Positions 39,902 through 48,961 of a DNA stretch of 63,773 nt are shown piece after piece. Below the pieces are notes generated by a model that saw only the letters and a list, made by a program, of their open reading frames with translations, made no database searches and was not told where the DNA came from. Source of the stretch: Acidimicrobiales bacterium (GTDB taxonomy: Bacteria > Actinomycetota > Acidimicrobiia > Acidimicrobiales > VFJN01); NCBI GenBank assembly GCA_040902805.1, contig JBBDWQ010000019.1, positions 1 through 63,773 on the forward strand, written 5' to 3'. Position numbers and translations under genes: made by a program. Positions within the stretch are counted from its first letter, which is position 1. Every line of letters starts with the position of its first letter.

Positions 39902-41788
39902 ATGCATTCACGCACTCTTCGAAGCGCAGTCGTGTTCGGCGCCGCTTCAGCGCTCGCGATCGCCACGATCGCACCGAGCGGCGCTGCCGAAGACCCTGCG
40001 GTGAGCGGTGTGGGCATGGCGTCGGGCGCTTCCTCGCTTCTCACCTTCGCTCTCGGCGACGGGTCGCTGGCCCTTCGGCTGCTCGGTGAGGACGCCACGA
40101 CCTCGAACGAACCGAACACCGGACCGCTCGCCGTCGAGCGCGTGTCACCGTTGACGATCGACTCGACCCTGGTCGCCGCGCTGGGAGCGCTGACCCAGCC
40201 GACCGTCGAGACCCGCACGACTGGTGGGGAGGACGTGAAGTCCACCTCGCCGGTGGATCTGAGTGCGCTCCTGGCCAGTGGGCCAGTTCCCGGGCTGGTC
40301 TCCGGCACCATTGGCGCGGTCACGGTCCGCTCCGCGGTGGACGCCGTAGGGGCGGTCAGCTCGGCGACTGGTTCGGTGACCGACCTCGCCATCCTTGGTG
40401 GTCTGCTGCGGGCCGGGACGGCCTCCGTGGGCCTCGGCAGCACGGCGCTCGTCACCGATTCCGGCGCCGAACGACTGCTGCAGCTCGACAACTTGGAGGT
40501 GCTCGATCTCACCGCGCTTCTGGGTTCGCTCGGGATCTCGTTGGGTGACCTGCCCATCGACACCGCTATCAACCTTCTCGATCAGCTGGGGCTGCCCCTG
40601 CCTGGCGGACTGTCGGCCGACGCCCTGCTTACCGTCGTCGACGGGCTCCTCGCCGACACCGCCGGTGTGCGCGGACAGGTGGAGGGCCTCCAGGACCAGA
40701 TCGGTGGACTCACCTCGCAGGTGACTTCGCTCACCTCGCAGGCCAGCGCAGCGAACACTCTCGTGGCGTCGCTCACGTCGCAGCTCAGCGCCCAGCAGGG
40801 GCTCCTCGGTGCGTGCGTGATCCTCTGCGGACCGCTGCAGACGCTCGTCACCTCCCTGACGTCGCAGCTGTCCGCGGCCACGGTCTCAGCAGGGAGCATC
40901 ACTTCGACCCTCACCACCGTGCAGGCGCAGATCGCCACGCTGGTAGGTCAGGTGCAGACTCTGCTCGACACGGTCGCCGGCGCGCTGGACGATCTGCTCG
41001 GGACGCTTGACGCGGTCACCGGCGGACTCGATGGTGCCTCACTCATCGTCGTCGACGATGTGGTGGCGGGAGTCACGGCCCGAGCGGACGAGTCGTTGAG
41101 CTCGTCGATCGCGGCGGTCTCGGGCTCCATCGGGAGTGTCCAGGTTGGCGGCACCTCGCTCGGGGGCCTCGACCTTGGCGCAACAGCCGGTCAGGTCACC
41201 GCGCTCTCCGATCAGGTGACCTCCGTGCTCGGTGGGCTACTGACCACGATCGACCCTGCCCTCGGCAACGTCGTCGACATCGACCTCCTCGACAAGACGA
41301 CGGCGCTCGACGAGGCCGATGGCATCACGTCGGCATCGGCCGCCATCACCGCCCTTCGAGCCACGATCACACCGCCGGATGTGTGCGGTGTTCTCAGCCG
41401 GCTCGCTGCCGCCCCGGACACACTGGGCGGCCTGCTCACCAGCGTGGGCGTCGGTTCCCTCCCTGTCGGTGGACCGGTTGCGGATCTGCTCGGAACAGTG
41501 GGATCGACCGTCTCGTGCAACCTGGTCACCGGCGTCTCGGCCAGCTCGCTGGTTGACGGTCTGGCCACGGCGCTCACTCAGCCACTGCAGGTCGAGGCCC
41601 TCAGCGTCAGCGGCCAGGGCACCTACACAACGTCGCAGGCATCCACCACCGGCAATGCCGTGCCGGGCATCCCGGGCACCCCGGGCACGCTGCCCAGCAC
41701 AGGTGGCAGCTTGCCGTTCGCTCTCCTGGCGCTGTTCGTCGGCGCCATCGGGATGGGCACTCGCTGGCTCCTGGTCCGCGCGAGCTGA
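39902..41788 (+). CDS. Secreted, sortase-type anchored (LPSTG) surface protein with central coiled coil
   Basis: N-terminal signal peptide, heptad-repeat LTSQ region, C-terminal LPSTG followed by a hydrophobic segment and basic tail. Confidence 0.8.
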   Translation: MHSRTLRSAVVFGAASALAIATIAPSGAAEDPAVSGVGMASGASSLLTFALGDGSLALRLLGEDATTSNEPNTGPLAVERVSPLTIDSTLVAALGALTQPTVETRTTGGEDVKSTSPVDLSALLASGPVPGLVSGTIGAVTVRSAVDAVGAVSSATGSVTDLAILGGLLRAGTASVGLGSTALVTDSGAERLLQLDNLEVLDLTALLGSLGISLGDLPIDTAINLLDQLGLPLPGGLSADALLTVVDGLLADTAGVRGQVEGLQDQIGGLTSQVTSLTSQASAANTLVASLTSQLSAQQGLLGACVILCGPLQTLVTSLTSQLSAATVSAGSITSTLTTVQAQIATLVGQVQTLLDTVAGALDDLLGTLDAVTGGLDGASLIVVDDVVAGVTARADESLSSSIAAVSGSIGSVQVGGTSLGGLDLGATAGQVTALSDQVTSVLGGLLTTIDPALGNVVDIDLLDKTTALDEADGITSASAAITALRATITPPDVCGVLSRLAAAPDTLGGLLTSVGVGSLPVGGPVADLLGTVGSTVSCNLVTGVSASSLVDGLATALTQPLQVEALSVSGQGTYTTSQASTTGNAVPGIPGTPGTLPSTGGSLPFALLALFVGAIGMGTRWLLVRAS

Positions 41789-41796
41789 GGTCGTCA

Positions 41797-41826
41797 CCTC
41801 GGAGCGACGTGGTGGTCGCTCCGAGG
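41797..41826. terminator. Perfect 12-bp hairpin between convergent genes
   Basis: CCTCGGAGCGAC-GTGGTG-GTCGCTCCGAGG between the stops at 41788 and 41829. Confidence 0.7.
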
Positions 41827-41828
41827 GA

Positions 41829-42035
41829 TCACCTCCGGCAGATGCGGTGGAGGTGGGGGAGTGCGACCACGTGGTCGACGTCGCCCACCACAATCCAAGC
41901 GGAGCGGGTGGTGCACGACAGCAGCGTGCCCTCGATGACTTCGGAAGCTGTCTCGGCGGCCACCTCGGCTCCGACCAGCATCCGCAGGTCGTGCAGCGAA
42001 ACGCTGTCGCCCTCCAGTGCCTCGGCTGCTCCCAC
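41829..42035 (-). CDS. Small hypothetical protein (68 aa), Sm/LSm-like pattern
   Basis: SD GGAGGT 5 nt before the GTG. Helix followed by a beta-strand pattern LRMLVGAEV...VIEGTLLSCT...AWIV...HVVALPHL. Confidence 0.7.
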   Translation of the reverse strand: MGAAEALEGDSVSLHDLRMLVGAEVAAETASEVIEGTLLSCTTRSAWIVVGDVDHVVALPHLHRICRR

Positions 42036-42130
42036 GGGCCACCTCCGTCTGCCGCTGGGCTTGCTCCCCGTCGGTCTACCTGCGGCTCACCTGCCGTTGG
42101 TGGATGCCGACCCCGTTACCATCGGCAGCA

Positions 42131-45100
42131 ATGGCCGACGACTCAACCTCTGATCTCCGTCCGGGCTCGCTGGGACCGAACGCCTGGCTCGTCGATGAGA
42201 TGCATGAGCAGTTCCTCGCAGATCCCGCATCCGTGAGCGAAAGCTGGCGGGACTTCTTCGCTGATTACAAGCGGGACGCCGACCAGCCGGCCGGATCAGC
42301 GCAGTCATCGCCGGGCCCGACCCCAACTCTCGCGATCGTCGCGCCGGCCCCGACCGCCGGGGCGGACGCCCCGGGCGAGCCGATACGTGGTGCGGGCGCC
42401 CGCATCGTCGCCAACATGGAAGCGAGCCTCGGGGTGCCGACCGCGACGAGCTTCCGCATCGTCCCGGCCAAGCTGCTCGAGGTCAACCGGCGGGTGATCA
42501 ACGGTTACCTCGGCCGCACGCGCGGTGGGAAGATCAGCTTCACGCACCTCATCGGCTTCGCCGTCGTGCGTGCCATCCACGACACGGTCCCCGTCATGAA
42601 CCGTTCCTTCGTCGAGGACGCCGAGGGCAAGCCTCGCGTCCTGCAGCACCACCACATCGGGCTGGGGATTGCGGTCGACATCGAAAAGAGCGACGGCACC
42701 CGCACCCTCCTCGTGCCCGTGGTGAAGGACGCCGACACGCTCGACTTCCGTGGCTTCTGGGGTGCGTATGAGGAGCTCATCCGCAAGGTGCGGTCGAACA
42801 AGCTCTCGCCCGACGACTTCGGCGGCATCACGGTGAGCCTCACCAACCCGGGCACGATCGGCACGCTGCAGTCCGTGCCGCGACTCATGCCAGGGCAGGG
42901 ACTGATCGTTGGCGTCGGAAGCCTCGACTACCCAGCTGAGTGGAAGGCCGCGGACCCGGTCACGCTTGCCGACCTCGGCGTGTCGAAGGTCATCACGATC
43001 AGCTCCACCTATGACCACCGGATCATCCAGGGTGCCGAATCGGGCATGTTCCTCAAGCGAGTCGAGGAGCTGTTGCTCGGGGTCGACGGATTCTACGACG
43101 AGGTCTTCCGTGCCCTCGAGGTGCCGTATGAGGCGGTGCAGTGGCGTCGAGACATCAACCCGATCGATCGCGATCAGGCCATGCTCGACAAGCAGATGGC
43201 AGTCGCGAACCTCATCCGCCTCCATCGGGTGCGTGGCCACCTCATCGCTGATCTCGATCCCCTGCGGTGGAAGGAGCCCACCATGCCGGTGGAGCTCGAC
43301 CCCGCCACGTACGGGCTGACGATCTGGGATCTCGATCGCGAGTTCCTCACCGGCGGGCTCGGTGGTCGCGAGCGCTTCGCCCTGGGAGACATCCTCCATG
43401 TGCTGCGCGACGCCTACTGCCGCACGATCGGCATCGAGTACATGCACATCCAGGACCCCGTCGAGCAGCGGTGGATCCAAGACCACGTCGAGGGCGTCTC
43501 ACCCGAGCTCCCCACCGACGACCAGCGCTACATCCTCGAGCGGCTCAACGCGGCCGAGGCCCTCGAGAAGTTCCTGGCCACGAAGTATGTGGGCCAGAAG
43601 CGCTTTGGGCTCGAGGGCGCCGAGTCAGCCATCCCGATTCTCGATGCCATTCTCGAGGCCGCCGCCGACGACGGGCTCGACGGGACGGTGATCGGGATGC
43701 CGCATCGCGGTCGGCTCAACGTCCTCACGAACATCGTCGGCAAGAGCTACGACCAGATATTCAAGGAGTTCGAGGGCCAGGTCGACCCTGACTCGATCCA
43801 GGGCTCGGGTGATGTGAAGTACCACCTCGGGCAGAGCGGCAAGTTCACATCCCGTACCGGCAAGGAGATCTCGATCGAGCTGGCGGCCAACCCCAGTCAC
43901 CTCGAAGCGGTGGACCCTGTGGTTGTGGGCATGGTGCGCGCAATGCAGGACGCGATCAACGACCCTGAGTCGTTCTCGGTGCTCCCGATCCTCATGCACG
44001 GCGACGCGGCGTTCGCTGGCCAGGGCGTGGTGGCCGAGACGCTCAACATGAGCGACATCAAGGGCTATCGCGTGGGCGGCACGATCCACGTCGTGGTCAA
44101 CAACCAGATCGGGTTCACCACCACCCCGGAGTCGGCCCGGACCGGCTACTACTCCACTGACGTCGCCAAGATCATCCAGGCGCCGATCTTCCACGTGAAC
44201 GGGGACGACCCCGAGGCGTGCGTTCGTGTAGCTCGACTGGCCTTTGCGTACCGGCAGCGGTTCCGCAAGGACGTCGTCATCGACATGGTCTGCTATCGGC
44301 GCCATGGCCACAACGAGGGTGACGATCCCAGCTACACGCAGCCGATGATGTACGCAAAGATCGAGGAACGACGGTCGGTGCGCAAGCTCTTCACCGAGTC
44401 GCTCGTCAAGCGGGGCCAGCTCTCGCTCGAAGAGGCCGAGCACGCGCTCGACGACTACCACGCTCGGCTCCAGAACGCGCTCGACGCGACTCGGCAGTCC
44501 GCGCCAGCGGCGCCGAGCGTCGCCAGGCGTCCAGCGCCCGTCGAAGGGGTCCTGCCCGCGATCGAGACCGGCGTCGAGCGTTCCGCGGTGGATCGCATCT
44601 ACGCGGCGCTGTCCACCTTCCCGGACGGCTTCAACGTCCATCCAAAGCTGCTCCGGCAGTTCGATGTCCGCGACAAGATGTGGGCGGAAGGTGAGGTCGA
44701 CTGGGCGCTCGCAGAGGCGATGGCCTACGGCTCGTTGCTTCTCGAGGGCACCGATCTCCGGATCGCGGGTCAGGACACTCGACGTGGCACATTCAGCCAC
44801 CGTCACGCAGTGCTCGTCGACCACACGAATGGCACCGAGCACGCGCCGCTCGCTCACCTGGGTCCCGAGCAGGGCAAGTTCTGGATCTACGACTCGTTGC
44901 TGTCGGAGTACGCGGGGCTTGGCTTTGAGTACGGGTACTCGGTCGTGGCCAAGGAGTCGCTGGTCGTGTGGGAGGCGCAGTTCGGTGACTTCTGGAACGG
45001 CGCGTCCACGATCGTCGACCAGTTCGTGGTGGCGGCCGAGGACAAGTGGAACCAGACCTCAGGCCTCGTCATGTATCTGCCGCACGGGTACGAGGGGCAA

Positions 45101-45724
45101 GGACCGGAGCACTCGTCGGCACGCGTCGAGCGGTTTCTCACCTTGGCGGCGGAGGACAACATCCAGGTCGTGAACTGCACGCAGGCGTCGCAGATCTTCC
45201 ACCTGTTGCGGCGTCAGGTGCGCCGAACTGTGCGCAAGCCGCTCGTGGTGTTCACCCCCAAGTCCGGACTTCGCGCCAAGGCCACTCGATCTGGCGTCGA
45301 GGAGCTGCTGCGGGGGTCGTTCCGTGAGACGATCGACGACCCGCATCCCGGCGATGTCACAGCGGTCCGTCGCATCGTGCTGGCGTCCGGAAAGGTGGGT
45401 CAGGAAGCGCTCGCCGCTCGTGACGACGCCGGTGCCCTGGTCGCTGTCGTCCGGGTCGAGCAGCTGTACCCGTGGCCCGCTGATCAGCTCGATGAGATCG
45501 TCGCCCGGTACCCGCAGGCCTCGGAGATCGTGTGGCTCCAGGAGGAACCGGAGAACATGGGCGCGTGGAACTTCGTCAAGGGCCGTCTCTACGAGCGCTT
45601 CGATGATTCGCACACGATCCGGCGGGTGTCTCGCTTCGAGTCGGGCGCGCCGGCCGCCGGTTCGCATGGAGTGCATGTCCAGGAGCAGGCCGAGCTGATC
45701 GCCAGCGCCCTAACGGTCGGCTGA
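42131..45724 (+). CDS. kgd: Multifunctional 2-oxoglutarate decarboxylase/dehydrogenase (E2-E1 fusion)
   Basis: GPNAWLVDEM, STYDHRIIQGAESG, GMPHRGRLN, HGDAAFAGQG, WEAQFGDF and PHGYEGQGPEHSSAR. Confidence 0.96.
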   Translation: MADDSTSDLRPGSLGPNAWLVDEMHEQFLADPASVSESWRDFFADYKRDADQPAGSAQSSPGPTPTLAIVAPAPTAGADAPGEPIRGAGARIVANMEASLGVPTATSFRIVPAKLLEVNRRVINGYLGRTRGGKISFTHLIGFAVVRAIHDTVPVMNRSFVEDAEGKPRVLQHHHIGLGIAVDIEKSDGTRTLLVPVVKDADTLDFRGFWGAYEELIRKVRSNKLSPDDFGGITVSLTNPGTIGTLQSVPRLMPGQGLIVGVGSLDYPAEWKAADPVTLADLGVSKVITISSTYDHRIIQGAESGMFLKRVEELLLGVDGFYDEVFRALEVPYEAVQWRRDINPIDRDQAMLDKQMAVANLIRLHRVRGHLIADLDPLRWKEPTMPVELDPATYGLTIWDLDREFLTGGLGGRERFALGDILHVLRDAYCRTIGIEYMHIQDPVEQRWIQDHVEGVSPELPTDDQRYILERLNAAEALEKFLATKYVGQKRFGLEGAESAIPILDAILEAAADDGLDGTVIGMPHRGRLNVLTNIVGKSYDQIFKEFEGQVDPDSIQGSGDVKYHLGQSGKFTSRTGKEISIELAANPSHLEAVDPVVVGMVRAMQDAINDPESFSVLPILMHGDAAFAGQGVVAETLNMSDIKGYRVGGTIHVVVNNQIGFTTTPESARTGYYSTDVAKIIQAPIFHVNGDDPEACVRVARLAFAYRQRFRKDVVIDMVCYRRHGHNEGDDPSYTQPMMYAKIEERRSVRKLFTESLVKRGQLSLEEAEHALDDYHARLQNALDATRQSAPAAPSVARRPAPVEGVLPAIETGVERSAVDRIYAALSTFPDGFNVHPKLLRQFDVRDKMWAEGEVDWALAEAMAYGSLLLEGTDLRIAGQDTRRGTFSHRHAVLVDHTNGTEHAPLAHLGPEQGKFWIYDSLLSEYAGLGFEYGYSVVAKESLVVWEAQFGDFWNGASTIVDQFVVAAEDKWNQTSGLVMYLPHGYEGQGPEHSSARVERFLTLAAEDNIQVVNCTQASQIFHLLRRQVRRTVRKPLVVFTPKSGLRAKATRSGVEELLRGSFRETIDDPHPGDVTAVRRIVLASGKVGQEALAARDDAGALVAVVRVEQLYPWPADQLDEIVARYPQASEIVWLQEEPENMGAWNFVKGRLYERFDDSHTIRRVSRFESGAPAAGSHGVHVQEQAELIASALTVG

Positions 45725-45725
45725 G

Positions 45726-45753
45726 CCCCCCTCGCCCTCCCTCCCCTCCCCCC
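45726..45753 (-). other. G-quadruplex-capable tract (five G-runs on the minus strand)
   Basis: Plus strand CCCCCCTCGCCCTCCCTCCCCTCCCCCC, i.e. minus strand G6-A-G4-A-G3-A-G3-CGA-G6. Confidence 0.5.
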
Positions 45754-45756
45754 TAA

Positions 45757-45807
45757 CGAACTCGGGCGGAAAATCCGTCCAGGAGACGGATTTTCCGCCC
45801 GAGAACG
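45757..45807. repeat. REP-like palindrome, copy 1 (51 bp)
   Basis: CTCGGGCGGAAAATCCGTC (45761-45779), CAGGA loop, GACGGATTTTCCGCCCGAG (45785-45803): a perfect 19-bp inverted repeat. Confidence 0.9.
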
Positions 45808-45830
45808 CTTTGACGCGTCGCGCGGTCGGC

Positions 45831-45852
45831 TGTCACAGGTCGCTGGCAGCCT
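45831..45852 (+). promoter_or_regulatory. PafBC/RecA-NDp-type promoter TGTCAC-N10-CAGCCT
   Basis: GCTGTCACAGG is identical to the RecB-nuclease promoter, the spacing is the same, and ATG 45859 lies 6 nt downstream. Confidence 0.6.
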
Positions 45853-45858
45853 GGCCTC

Positions 45859-46794
45859 ATGCGGACCACCGACCACCTGATCCACGACGCTGCTCGCCTC
45901 GGGCTCGTGAGCCGAAGTCGACTGCTCGCCTTGGGGATCTCTGACGAGGAGATCCTCGGGCGGGTGGAGCGCGGCTCGCTCCGCACCGTCCATGCCGGCG
46001 TCTATGCGACCTTTGGGACGCCGCTCGACTACCGGGCCCGGGTGCTCGCCGCGTGCCTCGCTGCCGGTGACGCAGCGGTGGCCTCACACCGGACGGCACT
46101 ATCGATGTGGGGACTGCTCGACGGCGAGCAGCCGATCGACGTGACCTCGCCCCGCCGGTCGCACCCGGTCCCGGGTGGCTTCGTGCTCCACCGGCCCAAT
46201 CAGCTGCGACCCCACGACATCACGGTGAAGCAGCATGTACCGATCACAAACCCCATCCGGTCTCTGCTCGATGCGGGCATCGAGCTGCCTCGTCACGTTG
46301 TAGGCGACTGCATCGAGCGGGCGTTAGTGGCACGACTGGTCAGCGTGAAGGGTCTGCGGGTGATTCTCGCTGAGCTGGGTGGTCGTGGTCGCACGGGCAC
46401 GGCGGCGCTACGTCGACACCTCGACGGTCGCGCGCTGGGTGACCGACGTCCGGAGAGCATGATCGAGCCGCTGATGGCTCGACTCCTCTACGCGGACCTT
46501 GGGCTGGGCCCGATCGAGTATCAGCCGACGCTCGTGCTCGATGGCACGAAGATCAGGCCCGACTTCCTCGTCAGCCGTGCGATGGCCGTGGTCGAGATCG
46601 ACGGCCTGGACGTCCATGCCAGTCGCAAGGCGCTCGACCACGACCTGGCCCGACAGAACTTCCTCGTCCGCCATGGCTATCTCGTGCTTCGCTACACGAC
46701 GACAAGCCTGCGATGTCCGGCCAAGGTCGCAGCGGAGATCGTGGCGGTGTGCAGGGGCCGCGTCGCTGACCTCGAGCGTACGAGCGCCGCATGA
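45859..46794 (+). CDS. AbiEi-like N-terminal domain plus DUF559 (Vsr-like) endonuclease protein
   Basis: GLVSRSRLLALG...RVERGSLRTVHAGVY, AVASHRTAL..WGL and ITNPIRSLLD, then C-terminal RPDF...VVEIDG..H...DLARQNFL...GYLVLRYT. Confidence 0.85.
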   Translation: MRTTDHLIHDAARLGLVSRSRLLALGISDEEILGRVERGSLRTVHAGVYATFGTPLDYRARVLAACLAAGDAAVASHRTALSMWGLLDGEQPIDVTSPRRSHPVPGGFVLHRPNQLRPHDITVKQHVPITNPIRSLLDAGIELPRHVVGDCIERALVARLVSVKGLRVILAELGGRGRTGTAALRRHLDGRALGDRRPESMIEPLMARLLYADLGLGPIEYQPTLVLDGTKIRPDFLVSRAMAVVEIDGLDVHASRKALDHDLARQNFLVRHGYLVLRYTTTSLRCPAKVAAEIVAVCRGRVADLERTSAA

Positions 46795-46808
46795 ACGCCG
46801 CGAATTCC

Positions 46809-46859
46809 CGTTCTCGGGCGGAAAATCCGTCCTGTGGACGGAGGAACCGCCCGAGAACG
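46809..46859. repeat. REP-like palindrome, copy 2 (51 bp)
   Basis: CGTTCTCGGGCGGAAAATCCGTCC-TGT-GGACGGAGGAACCGCCCGAGAACG: 24-bp arms with one 4x4 internal bubble, 42/51 identical to copy 1. Confidence 0.9.
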
Positions 46860-46877
46860 TATGAGAGGAAGATCGGC

Positions 46878-47519
46878 TCAGCCCAGGGGAAAGCCGACGA
46901 CTCCTTCGAGCTGGGTGAGTGCGTCCGTGGGGTCAATGACCTTGATGGTGGTCATGCCCATCGCGGCGGCGGGCTTGAGGTTTACGCCGAGGTCGTCGAG
47001 GAACACGGCCTCGCTCGGCTCGACCCCTGCGAGCTCACACGCGATCTCGTAGAACCGCGGGTCCGGCTTGCGCACACCGACCTTGCTTGACTCCACGATG
47101 TGGTGGAACAGCGCGAACACATCCTGCAGGTGGGCATGGCGCTCGTCGGTGGCTGGCCCAGCGTGGGGCGCCCAGTTGTTGGTCAGACAGGCCGTCACCA
47201 GTCGCTCGCGGCACCGTCGGACGGCCTCCACCATCGCTGGTCGGATCTCGCCGGAGAGCAGCGGCATCAGATCTCGAGCCGACATCACCTGACCGGCCGC
47301 CAGGCATTCGGCCTCGAAGAGGTCGCAGAATGCGTCAAAGGTGACACTGCTGCGCTCGAACTGAGCCCAGGCGTTGGTGTCGGGGTTGGTGGCGTTGATG
47401 GTTCGGATGAAGTCACGCGGGAGACCGCTGCGCTCCTCGAAGCGGTTGAACGCCTCGAACGGACTGGAGAGGATGACGCCTCCGAAGTCGAAGAACGCCG
47501 CTTTGATCGTCTCGCTCAT
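46878..47519 (-). CDS. HAD-IA family hydrolase (epoxide hydrolase N-terminal-like)
   Basis: FFDFGGV, LTNN, RKPDPRFY and FLDDLGVNLKPA. Confidence 0.9.
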   Translation of the reverse strand: MSETIKAAFFDFGGVILSSPFEAFNRFEERSGLPRDFIRTINATNPDTNAWAQFERSSVTFDAFCDLFEAECLAAGQVMSARDLMPLLSGEIRPAMVEAVRRCRERLVTACLTNNWAPHAGPATDERHAHLQDVFALFHHIVESSKVGVRKPDPRFYEIACELAGVEPSEAVFLDDLGVNLKPAAAMGMTTIKVIDPTDALTQLEGVVGFPLG

Positions 47520-48841
47520 GAGGCGAGCAGATCCTTGGCGAGGACTTCCCACATCTCAGTGGACAGGCGCAGGGACTCCACGTCAATGCGCTCGTCGTCC
47601 CCGTGAAACATTGTGCCGTAGTCCTCGAATGACAGGTTCGTGGAGAACAGCCCGAACCCGTACGACGTGGTGCCGAGCCGCCGGAAGAACCGCGCATCGG
47701 TGGCGCCGACGGTCATGTACGGGACCAGCTTGGAGCCGTTGTAGAACGATTGGGTGATGCGGGCGAGCGACTCCCACAGTGGCGTGTCGGTCGGCGACTC
47801 TGTGGACGGATCGTCGTGCGATCCGATGAGCTCAACCTTCGACGCGAGGTCTCCGAGGGCTTCGTCGAGCATGGCTCGGACCTCTGCCTCCCCGTGCCCG
47901 GGCAACGTCCGGATGTCGATCTGCAGGTCGACGCGGTCGGGGATGACGTTGATCTTCGTCCCGCCGTGAACGATCGTCGGAGCGAACGTCGTGTGTGTGC
48001 ACGCGTGGAACTGGCGGCCCATTCCGGCCGGAAGCGCGTCGCACGCCCCAAGAAACTTTTCCGGGTCGAGAAGCGGGCCGACGAGCTCCTCGCCGTACTC
48101 CATGCCCTCGAGAAAGCGACGCCACACGTCGTGGATCTCGGTGCGCGGCTGATACTCCGCGATGCGCTGAACAACGCGCGCCGCGGTCACCAGTGCGTTG
48201 TCTGTCTTGTAAGGCTGTGACCCATGTCCGGGCGTGCCGCTGACGCGAAGCTGTGCCCAGTGGCTGCCCTTCTCGGCGACGATCACGGGCAGCTTCAGCC
48301 CTGTCGGACTCGGGATGGGGATGCCGCCGGACTCGGTGATGACGTAGTCCGCCCGCACGGCATCGGCCTCGTGGGCCACGAGGTGCTCTGCGCCCATCGA
48401 GCCCAGCGCTTCCTCGTCCGCGACGGCCAGGTAGATCAGGGTCCCGCGTGGCCGAAAACCGCCTCTGGCCAGGCGTTTTGTGGCGACAGCCATCGACGCC
48501 GTGAGGTTCAGCATGTCGACGGCGCCTCGACCCCAGACCTCGCCGTCGATGAGCTCGCCGCCGAAGGGATCGTGCGACCAGCCCTCGGGGTTCACCGGCA
48601 CGACATCGGTGTGTCCCATGAGTAGCAGCGTCGGCGCGTCGGGATCGGAGCCTTCGATGCGCGCGACAACGCTTGTGCGCCCGGGCGCCGGCTCGTAGCG
48701 CTCGATCTCGACGCCGTCGCCGTTGAGGTATGACTCGAGCAGATCCGCGCTGCGAACCTCTTGTCCTGACTCCGCGGTGCCGTCGTTGACGCACGCGTTG
48801 CGGATGAGGTGCTGCAAAAGATCGGTGACCTCGTCGCTCAT
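47516..48841 (-). CDS. M20/M25/M40 family metallopeptidase
   Basis: GHTDVVP, WGRGAVDM, ADEE, GHGS and HGDDERI. Confidence 0.92.
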   Translation of the reverse strand: MSDEVTDLLQHLIRNACVNDGTAESGQEVRSADLLESYLNGDGVEIERYEPAPGRTSVVARIEGSDPDAPTLLLMGHTDVVPVNPEGWSHDPFGGELIDGEVWGRGAVDMLNLTASMAVATKRLARGGFRPRGTLIYLAVADEEALGSMGAEHLVAHEADAVRADYVITESGGIPIPSPTGLKLPVIVAEKGSHWAQLRVSGTPGHGSQPYKTDNALVTAARVVQRIAEYQPRTEIHDVWRRFLEGMEYGEELVGPLLDPEKFLGACDALPAGMGRQFHACTHTTFAPTIVHGGTKINVIPDRVDLQIDIRTLPGHGEAEVRAMLDEALGDLASKVELIGSHDDPSTESPTDTPLWESLARITQSFYNGSKLVPYMTVGATDARFFRRLGTTSYGFGLFSTNLSFEDYGTMFHGDDERIDVESLRLSTEMWEVLAKDLLAS

Positions 48842-48961
48842 CGCGTGCAACCTAGCGGGGTGCGGTGCTCGAAGATCCTGTGCGCGAATGCTGGCGTTCG
48901 GGACCGATCTGTTGCACCATCCTCATGTGATCCCGGCGCAACTGGTTGACTTGCATCTGGT

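Noticed and set aside
45757-46859. CRISPR array or classical IS/MITE interpretation of the palindromes
   Set aside because: Only two copies about 1 kb apart, with no spacers, cas genes, transposase or clear target-site duplication.
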